The notes beneath the pieces were generated by a model that saw only the letters and a program-made list of their open reading frames with translations, searched no databases and was not told where the DNA came from. From an uncultured bacterium (GTDB lineage Bacteria > Patescibacteriota > Minisyncoccia > Moranbacterales > UBA1568), in contig CALMHZ010000001.1 of NCBI GenBank assembly GCA_937864125.1, positions 1-36,498 on the forward strand: a stretch of DNA of 36,498 nucleotides. The letters are read 5' to 3'. Position 1 is the stretch's first letter, and every line of letters starts with the position of its first letter. Made by a program: the position numbers and the translations under genes. Shown here one piece after another: positions 29,999 to 36,498 of this stretch.

Positions 29999-31165
29999 AT
30001 GAGAATAGGGATAGATATTCGATCTTTGGCGCTCGGAAGGCGGAGCGGGGTCGAGGAGTATGTGATAGCGCTTCTTTCGGAGCTGTTTCGCATAGACCGG
30101 CAGAACGAGTACATACTTTTTTTCAACGCGTGGGGGAATGAGCCGCAGGATTTTTCATGGCTGACCCAACATCCCAATGTCACATTGCGGAAATTCCGTA
30201 TCCCGAACAAGCTGCTTAACTTTTCGCTCTGGTATCTCAGGTGGCCCAAGCTCGATCGGCTTCTCGGCGGGGTGGATATTTTTTTTCTTCCGAATATAAA
30301 TTTTTGCGCGGTTTCCGACAAAACGAAACTTTTCGTCACCGCCCATGACCTTTCTTTTGAAATGTATCCGGAAACTTTTTCTTGGAAACAGCGCGCGTGG
30401 CATTTTTTCGTGAATCCGAGGAGATTGCTGCGATCCGCGTATCGGATATTCTCCGTATCGCAATCGACCAAGGACGATCTCGTAAAGCGATACCTTCTCC
30501 CCCCAAGCCGAATCGAGGTCATACGAAGCGGGGTCGGAAAAAATTTTCGTGAGTATAGTCGGAACGATCCCCATCTTCTTCTCGTCAAGGAGAAGTATCA
30601 CTTGCCCTACACATTCATTCTTTATCTCGGTGCCTTTGAGCCGCGGAAGAACATAACGGCGATCATCCGGGCATTCGGCGCGCTCAAAAAAGCAGGCTAT
30701 CCGGAACTGGAGAAGCTTTCGCTCGTCTTGGCCGGCGTTTCGGGGTGGAAAGAAGAGGGAATGCGCGAAGAGATCAAGAAGTCTCCTTGGAGAAAGCAGA
30801 TATCGCTTCCGGGATTCATCGCCGACGAGGACAAGCCCGCCCTCTATAATCTTGCGAGCTGTTTCGCATACCCTTCTTTGTATGAGGGGTTCGGTTTTCC
30901 GGCTCTCGAAGCGCTCGCGTGCGGGGTGCCGGTCATAACTTCTCATTCCACTTCTCTTCCCGAAATAGTGGGGGAAGCCGCCGTCTTGGTTGATCCTTCC
31001 CGGCCGCAAGAGCTTTTCTTGGCATTGGAGCAGGTGCTGCTCGACAAGGATCTTCGCGCACTGCTTCGCGAAAAGGGATTGGTCCGCGCCAAAAAGTTCT
31101 TGTGGAGCGAAACCGCTCGACGGGTGCTCTCAGCCTTTGAAAAAGCATGCTCTTCGCGGATATGA
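29999..31165 (+). CDS. Glycosyltransferase family 4 (mannosyltransferase-like)
   Basis: MRIGIDIR, EPRKNI and YPSLYEGFGFPALEALACGVPV. Confidence 0.93.
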   Translation: MRIGIDIRSLALGRRSGVEEYVIALLSELFRIDRQNEYILFFNAWGNEPQDFSWLTQHPNVTLRKFRIPNKLLNFSLWYLRWPKLDRLLGGVDIFFLPNINFCAVSDKTKLFVTAHDLSFEMYPETFSWKQRAWHFFVNPRRLLRSAYRIFSVSQSTKDDLVKRYLLPPSRIEVIRSGVGKNFREYSRNDPHLLLVKEKYHLPYTFILYLGAFEPRKNITAIIRAFGALKKAGYPELEKLSLVLAGVSGWKEEGMREEIKKSPWRKQISLPGFIADEDKPALYNLASCFAYPSLYEGFGFPALEALACGVPVITSHSTSLPEIVGEAAVLVDPSRPQELFLALEQVLLDKDLRALLREKGLVRAKKFLWSETARRVLSAFEKACSSRI

Positions 31166-31234
31166 AAATTTTCGTTTTCATGGTATGTTGTAGGTGAGTT
31201 TTAGGGGGAGGAAAAATAATTGACAACAAAGGCT

Positions 31235-31420
31235 ATGGCATTGCAAAAAAATGTGGGAGGGGTGGACCGTGTCATCCGGATAGTGCTCGGACTCTTGATC
31301 CTTGCCGCCGGATATGCCAATGGATCGCTGTGGGGATTGTTCGGCTTGGTGCTTCTTGCGACGGCGATATTCCGATGGTGCCCCGTCTATATTCCTTTTG
31401 GAGTTTCCACCAAGAAATAG
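31235..31420 (+). CDS. DUF2892 (YgaP-like) small membrane protein
   Basis: NVGGVDRVIRIVLG...WCPVYIPFGVST. Confidence 0.9.
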   Translation: MALQKNVGGVDRVIRIVLGLLILAAGYANGSLWGLFGLVLLATAIFRWCPVYIPFGVSTKK

Positions 31421-31495
31421 CATGAAATCGCCGTAGAAAAAATTGTCCATCCAGTTTCGTTTGAATAAAAAATAAATAATTTATATAAAAAGAAT

Positions 31496-32827
31496 ATGGC
31501 ACAGGATTCAAAGAAACAGCTTTCGTCGGTTTCATCTTTGCTGATCGCGATTTTGTCGCTCGGGTTATTCGCCGGCGGGACGGCGATCATGGTGAAGGCG
31601 GGAGTCGTATCTTCCGCCCCGTTCGCGTTTGTGTTGGGCGAAGACGATGAGGATGATGGCAAAGATGACGATGACGAGAAAGATGAGGATGAAGACAAGG
31701 ATGATGAAGATGACAACAAGGATGAGGACGAAGACAAGGATGATGACGGCAAGGATGAGGGTGATGACCGCGACGATGAGTCGGAGAAGCTCTCCGGGCG
31801 CGGAGGGGATGACTCGGATGAGGATAACAAAGATGATGGCAAGGAGGATGAAGACGGCGTAGAAGAAGAAAGTGAGAACGAGGATGAGGAAGGTGACGAT
31901 CGGCTCAAGGACCTCATGGAGAAGGTAGCCGAATCGGAGAAGGAGATTGCCGAGAAGCAGCAAGAGGGCGTGGATGCCGCGGCTGCGCTTTCGAGAATCG
32001 CGTTGGCGAAAGGAGTCCTCGAGGCCTACAAGGCCGCGGTTGCCGCGGGAAATTTTGAGGAGGCCGATCGATTGGCGAGAGAAATCAAGAAACTCTCTCA
32101 TTTCGCTGTAGAAGAGGATCTGCATGATTCGAAAAAGGCCGGAGAGCGTCTCAGGCAGGCACAGGAGAAGATAGTGAAAGCGAAGGCGAAGCTCGCGCTC
32201 CTCGCGGCAATCGGCGGATCGACTGCAAGCCTCTCGACACTGCTTGCCGAGGCGGAGGCGAAGCTTGCCTCGGGCAACGCGGCGCTCTCCTCGGGGGACT
32301 TCATGGGGGCGGAAAATCTTTTCAAAGAAGCGAAAAACGTCGCAAGCAAGGTGAAGGATGCCGCCGAAAATGCTCTGTATGCGCTTGGCGGCTCGGATGA
32401 TGAGTTCGATGATGACTATGAAGACTTCTCGGAAGAGGTATCGGATGATCTCGATGAGATCGCCGGAATCGAAGGTGATGATAAGCGCGTGAAAAAGATC
32501 AAGGAAATCGCGATGAGACAAAAGCAAGCGGGACTTGAAACCGCAACCGCCGTGCAACTTGCTCAGCAGAGAAGCGCGCTTGCAAGATTCTTCCTCGGCG
32601 CGGATGATGACTCTCTCACCTCGATAAGCGCGAAGATTGCGGAAAATACCAAGAATGCGCTTGCCTTACGGGCGCTTGCCGCGTCTTCCACTGATGCCGA
32701 TCTCCAGGTGCTGCTTATCCAGCAGGCGGAGCGGATCGAAGCGGAAAATATGAAGCTCCAAGGGTTCGTCGCAGCCCAAGCCGACTCGAACGGCCTCTTC
32801 GGATGGCTGGTCGACCTCTTCCGCTAG
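31496..32827 (+). CDS. Membrane-anchored/secreted protein with an Asp/Glu low-complexity tract and Ala-rich helical repeats
   Basis: N-terminal hydrophobic helix, ~85 aa D/E/K tract, coiled-coil-like body and C-terminal GLFGWLVDLFR. Confidence 0.85.
   Translation: MAQDSKKQLSSVSSLLIAILSLGLFAGGTAIMVKAGVVSSAPFAFVLGEDDEDDGKDDDDEKDEDEDKDDEDDNKDEDEDKDDDGKDEGDDRDDESEKLSGRGGDDSDEDNKDDGKEDEDGVEEESENEDEEGDDRLKDLMEKVAESEKEIAEKQQEGVDAAAALSRIALAKGVLEAYKAAVAAGNFEEADRLAREIKKLSHFAVEEDLHDSKKAGERLRQAQEKIVKAKAKLALLAAIGGSTASLSTLLAEAEAKLASGNAALSSGDFMGAENLFKEAKNVASKVKDAAENALYALGGSDDEFDDDYEDFSEEVSDDLDEIAGIEGDDKRVKKIKEIAMRQKQAGLETATAVQLAQQRSALARFFLGADDDSLTSISAKIAENTKNALALRALAASSTDADLQVLLIQQAERIEAENMKLQGFVAAQADSNGLFGWLVDLFR
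31640..31900 (+). repeat. Degenerate (GAY/GAR)n coding microsatellite-like tract
   Basis: Repeated units such as GATGAGGATGAAGACAAG / GATGAGGACGAAGACAAG encoding DEDEDK. Confidence 0.7.
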
Positions 32828-32857
32828 GAGTGGCGACGCTCTCTGTAGCGCATGCCT

Positions 32858-32893
32858 TGAAAGCCCCCCTCTTCGGAGGGGGTTTTCATTTTT
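32858..32893 (+). terminator. Rho-independent terminator
   Basis: CCCCCTC-TTCG-GAGGGGG stem with a C(UUCG)G loop followed by TTTTCATTTTT. Confidence 0.85.
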
Positions 32894-32931
32894 AGGGAGA
32901 AAAGTTGCCCTAGGGAGTATTTGCGAGCCGC

Positions 32932-32960
32932 TTGAATAAGCGCGCCAGGTATGATATGGT
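32932..32960 (+). promoter_or_regulatory. Probable promoter of the speD-like operon
   Basis: TTGAAT (32932-32937), 17 bp spacer, TATGGT (32955-32960) with TGA extension. Confidence 0.5.
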
Positions 32961-32993
32961 AGGCGTATAAGTTTGTGTTGAGGCTATTTTTTT

Positions 32994-33404
32994 ATGTCTG
33001 AAACAATCAACCAGGCACACTTCGGGGAACACCTGACACTTGATGGATATGGCGGCTCATATGAAAAACTGAATGATCGAGAGCTTGTTCTGTCCTGCCT
33101 TTCGGATCTTCCGAAAAAGCTCGGAATGCATCCGCTCGCCGAACCCGTGATATATGCGGCTGCCGACAACCAGCTGAGAGACCCGGGGGGCTGGAGCGGA
33201 TTTGTCGTCATCGCGGAAAGCCACATCAGCATACACACCTTCCCGAAACGGCGTTTCGTCAGCATCGATGCATATACTTGCAAAAACGGCTTTGACCCCT
33301 CCATCATCGAACGATATTTTCAGGAAGCGTTTTCCCTCGAGGATATGGAAACCAACTTCATCAAGAGGGGGACGAAGTATCCCGTGGAAAATATCTTTGA
33401 GTAG
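32994..33404 (+). CDS. speD: Pyruvoyl-dependent S-adenosylmethionine decarboxylase-family proenzyme
   Basis: GEHLTLD, GWSGFVVIAE|SHISIHTFP autocleavage motif and SIDAYTC. Confidence 0.88.
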   Translation: MSETINQAHFGEHLTLDGYGGSYEKLNDRELVLSCLSDLPKKLGMHPLAEPVIYAAADNQLRDPGGWSGFVVIAESHISIHTFPKRRFVSIDAYTCKNGFDPSIIERYFQEAFSLEDMETNFIKRGTKYPVENIFE

Positions 33405-33433
33405 GGATTTTTCTTTTTTTACTTTGATCCATT

Positions 33434-34726
33434 ATGCGGATACTCTTCGTTTCGGGTGAACTCATCGCGGGCGATCTTCCGTGGCGCCTCAAAGAAGAGG
33501 GCAATGAAGTCAAGCTCTATGTTGGACATCCGCTTCAGGCGGAGTGTCAGAATGGATTTGTCGAGCGGGTGGCGAATTGGAGGCAGGAACTCGGGTGGGT
33601 GGGGAAAGATGGCCTTATCGTGTTCGATGATGTCGGTTATGGGCAGGAACAGGACAATCTTCGAGAAGAGGGTTACCGGGTTTTCGGCGGGAGCGCAGGA
33701 GGGGATCGCCTTGAGCAGGATCGGGAATACGGACAGAAGGTTCTGCGATCCGTCGGACTCAATGTTGAGCCAACGCTCAATTTCGCGACTCCTCGCGAGG
33801 CGATTGAACATATCCGAAACCATAAAGCGGCGTATGTCGTGAAGCAGAATAATCACCAAAGCGCGCTCAACTATGTCGGAGAACTCGAAACGGGCGAGGA
33901 TGTGCTCTCGATGTTGAAAAAATATGAATCCGTCGGAGTGAGTGATATATCGCTACAGAAGAAGCTTAGGGGAGTGGAAGTCGGGGTGGCGCGATATTTC
34001 AACGGGAATGATTGGGTGGGACCGATCGAGATTAGTTTCGAACACAAGGACCTGTTCAACGACGACATCGGCCCGAAGACCGGTGAAATGGGGACGCTTG
34101 CATGGTATGACGCGAACGAAGATAACCCTCTCTTTAAAAAAATCATCGAACCGCTAAAAAAATACCTTCAGGATATACGGTTCAAGGGAGATATAAGTGT
34201 AAACAGTTTTGTCCATGAGCACAGGGTTTCTCCCATAGAGTTCACCGCAAGGATAGGATGTCCAATAATTCACTTGCAGGGAGACTTCAACATTTCTCCC
34301 TGGGGCGAATTTCTCGCTGCTATTGCGGATGGGAAGCGGTATGATCTACAATATAAGAAAGGATACGGTATCGTGCTCACGCTTGCGTTGCCGCCATTCC
34401 CGTATGAGGGAATTTCCAATGAGTTTTCTTCCGATGATTTGGAAATATTTTTCCGTGACGGGTTATCGGCGGAGGAGCGGAAGAGGATTCACTTCGAAGG
34501 GGTGAAGCTCGATATGCGTGATGGTAGGGAAAGATATTTCGTGACCAAGAGCATTGGGTATACAATGTTCGTCACCGGGATCGGAGAGAAAGTAGAGTCT
34601 GCCCAAGAGTCAGCTTATTCGCTTGCAAGAAAGGTCATCATTCCGAAGATTTTCTACCGTACAGATATCGGTAGTCGGTTTCTCCGAAATGATCATGAAC
34701 AACTCAAACAATGGGGATGGCTATGA
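33434..34726 (+). CDS. Divergent PurD-like (GARS-family) ATP-grasp ligase
   Basis: LEQDREYG, YVVK, EHKDLFNDDIGPKTGEMG, IEFTARIG and terminal YRTDIG; lacks the canonical GxGGREHA of bacterial PurD. Confidence 0.8.
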   Translation: MRILFVSGELIAGDLPWRLKEEGNEVKLYVGHPLQAECQNGFVERVANWRQELGWVGKDGLIVFDDVGYGQEQDNLREEGYRVFGGSAGGDRLEQDREYGQKVLRSVGLNVEPTLNFATPREAIEHIRNHKAAYVVKQNNHQSALNYVGELETGEDVLSMLKKYESVGVSDISLQKKLRGVEVGVARYFNGNDWVGPIEISFEHKDLFNDDIGPKTGEMGTLAWYDANEDNPLFKKIIEPLKKYLQDIRFKGDISVNSFVHEHRVSPIEFTARIGCPIIHLQGDFNISPWGEFLAAIADGKRYDLQYKKGYGIVLTLALPPFPYEGISNEFSSDDLEIFFRDGLSAEERKRIHFEGVKLDMRDGRERYFVTKSIGYTMFVTGIGEKVESAQESAYSLARKVIIPKIFYRTDIGSRFLRNDHEQLKQWGWL

Positions 34727-35229
34727 ACCATGTTGTTTCGTATAAGAAAAAAATACTGGGAAGGATCCTTATCAGTTTTCTTTTATTTGTCGTTTTTGCT
34801 GCAGGAATAGCTTCCTATGGACGATTTTTCATTTATCAGGATTTTCCGGTAACCGTGGAGACGACATGTGATCCTGCTTCGGAGAGCTGTTTCGTCCATT
34901 ATTGCGATCCAAAATTCGAAGAATGTACTGGCAGGCCGGAAGAGGATACCTGGTATTACAAGAGAATCACTGGGCAAGGGAATGTACTTCCTTCCTGCAT
35001 AAGTGAAAAATGCGCAGAGGTGTCATGTGCCGAAAGTGAATTGGCATGCGAAGTGGAATTCTGTGATCCGGAGTCGGAAGAAGAGTGTTCCGATCGGGAT
35101 ACATTTCCGCATACCGATACAAATAACAAGGTTCAAACGGATAAGTCCACAATTGAAAATGGAGTGGATCCGAATGGAAAGAGTGACCTTGGCGAGATGG
35201 CGGAGAATGGAGCGGGTGGAGGGGAGTGA
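34723..35229 (+). CDS. Membrane-anchored Cys-rich protein (CDPxxExC repeats)
   Basis: ATGA overlap with the upstream stop, one N-terminal TM helix, 10 Cys and an acidic tail. Confidence 0.75.
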   Translation: MNHVVSYKKKILGRILISFLLFVVFAAGIASYGRFFIYQDFPVTVETTCDPASESCFVHYCDPKFEECTGRPEEDTWYYKRITGQGNVLPSCISEKCAEVSCAESELACEVEFCDPESEEECSDRDTFPHTDTNNKVQTDKSTIENGVDPNGKSDLGEMAENGAGGGE

Positions 35230-36182
35230 ATTCAATGCCGACTATGGATATCTGGAATAATTGGCTCTTAATCGCCTTCGTGGCCCCCTTCCTTTGGGCG
35301 CTCGTCAATATCATCGATGTGTACTTCGTTGAGAGCGTGTATGAGGATGAATATGATGGCGCAATGATTTCTGGGATATTTCAGATCGCTCCGTGGCTTC
35401 TTGTTCCATTTGGAATGATATCGTTTACGCTTCCGGCGACTGAGGCTGGGCTGCTGGCATTTTTTGGGGGCAGTTTGTTTCTGTTCTCTTTCTTTTTTTA
35501 CTTTCGCGCGCTATTTTCGAAAAATGATGTCGCATTGATACAGGTTTTGTGGAGTTTGAGCGTGCCTTTAGTGCCGTTTCTTGCATGGCTTTTTATTGGA
35601 GAGCGGCTCGCCCTTCTCCAATACATGGGAATCGTTATCGCCTTCATTGGAGCAATATGCCTCTCGCTTGATCCAAAGATTCGATCCAATGGTTTTGCGG
35701 CGACGGCGAGAATTATGGTTTTGGCCATATTTCTCTTGTCGCTTTCCATGGTGATCGAAGCAAGGGCTTATACTCTTGCGGGTGATTTTTGGAGCATATT
35801 CCTTCTGTTTTCACTCGGTGCTGCGATAACAGGAACAGGCCTCTCGTTTTTTGATAAGAAAGGGTACGCAGACCGGCTTCAGCATATCGCAGGGTTGAGC
35901 CGGAAGTATTTTCTTGTATTTTTTTTGGCGGAGACGCTGGCTCTATTGGGAACGCTGACATCGCAACGGGCAATCGACCTTTCTCCGGCGGTATCATTTG
36001 TAGCTGTCATCGAAAGTCTGGTGCCGGCTTTTGTTCTTGGCATTAGCTTTCTTCTTTCAGTCATGCTTTTCGAGAAAAATAGAAAATTAGCGAGGAGGCT
36101 GTATCGTGATCAGTTGGTGGGCATTCGTATGAAGATGGCGTCGATCGCTATCATTGCGTTCGGCATTTATCTCATCGCATGA
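35226..36182 (+). CDS. EamA/DMT-family multi-TM transporter
   Basis: About 10 hydrophobic helices in two repeats, LFIGERL..QYMGI DMT motif; GTGA overlap with the upstream stop (start may be ATG 35235/35244). Confidence 0.82.
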   Translation: MNSMPTMDIWNNWLLIAFVAPFLWALVNIIDVYFVESVYEDEYDGAMISGIFQIAPWLLVPFGMISFTLPATEAGLLAFFGGSLFLFSFFFYFRALFSKNDVALIQVLWSLSVPLVPFLAWLFIGERLALLQYMGIVIAFIGAICLSLDPKIRSNGFAATARIMVLAIFLLSLSMVIEARAYTLAGDFWSIFLLFSLGAAITGTGLSFFDKKGYADRLQHIAGLSRKYFLVFFLAETLALLGTLTSQRAIDLSPAVSFVAVIESLVPAFVLGISFLLSVMLFEKNRKLARRLYRDQLVGIRMKMASIAIIAFGIYLIA

Positions 36183-36261
36183 TGGTATTTTCGCATACTT
36201 TTTCTTTTCTTTGATTTCAAGTACAATAAACCTATATATCCTACAAATACTCGATACTTTT

Positions 36262-36498
36262 ATGTTTTGTGCCGATATTCCCTTCCCGAAATTTTTCTTT
36301 TTTTCTGACACTGTCTCACCCCTTCTTTATTATTCACATTTTTTAGCGATCATCCTCACGCTTGCCTTGGGCATTTTCGTGTATTGGAAAAAAAAAGAGT
36401 TGCTTGAGGCGAAGCTTCTGTTATTCATAGGAATTTTCTTTTCCTTGTGGTCGGTCGCTGATATCGTGCTTTGGGTTCATGTTGATGTGCGTATAGTA
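36262..36498 (+). CDS. N-terminus of a multi-TM protein, probably a 7TM-type sensor histidine kinase (3'-truncated)
   Basis: Open to the window end: MFCADIPFPKFFFFSDTVSPLLYYSHFLAIILTLALGIFVYWKKKELLEAKLLLFIGIFFSLWSVADIVLWVHVDVRIV. The helix pattern resembles HisKA_7TM domains; no kinase motifs are visible in the window. Confidence 0.55.
   Translation, partial: MFCADIPFPKFFFFSDTVSPLLYYSHFLAIILTLALGIFVYWKKKELLEAKLLLFIGIFFSLWSVADIVLWVHVDVRIV

Noticed and set aside
31387-32557. Poly-Ser and hydrophobic minus-strand ORFs
   Set aside because: They are antisense shadows of the GAY/GAR acidic tract.
33434-34726. Assigning the symbol purD
   Set aside because: Canonical motifs are altered and no other purine genes are nearby, so the function is left open.

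Overview
Gene-dense chromosomal window with nearly every gene on the + strand. It is probably from a Patescibacteria/CPR (Parcubacteria-like) bacterium; this is inferred from gene content and order, not proven. In order it holds: a type IV pilus locus with no secretin in the window (pilM-N-O-B, receiver-only regulator, pilT, pilC, major pilin, pilD, three minor pilins); a PEP-CTERM surface protein; ligA; gatCA; a NUDIX hydrolase; an ABC-F ATPase; secD (with an inserted, apparently circularly permuted parvulin PPIase domain) and secF; tyrS; pheST; the RNase P RNA; a small glycan locus; an acidic coiled-coil protein; and a speD-like decarboxylase / divergent PurD-like ATP-grasp / Cys-rich protein / DMT transporter / probable sensor cluster. 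The best candidates for novelty are (1) a ~140-nt minus-strand structured RNA between tyrS and pheS whose layout resembles a circularly permuted 6S RNA, (2) the speD-ATP-grasp-exporter-sensor module, and (3) two small stand-alone transcription units (14.6-14.9 kb and 17.4-17.7 kb). All calls come from manual motif reading; no database searches or folding programs were run.
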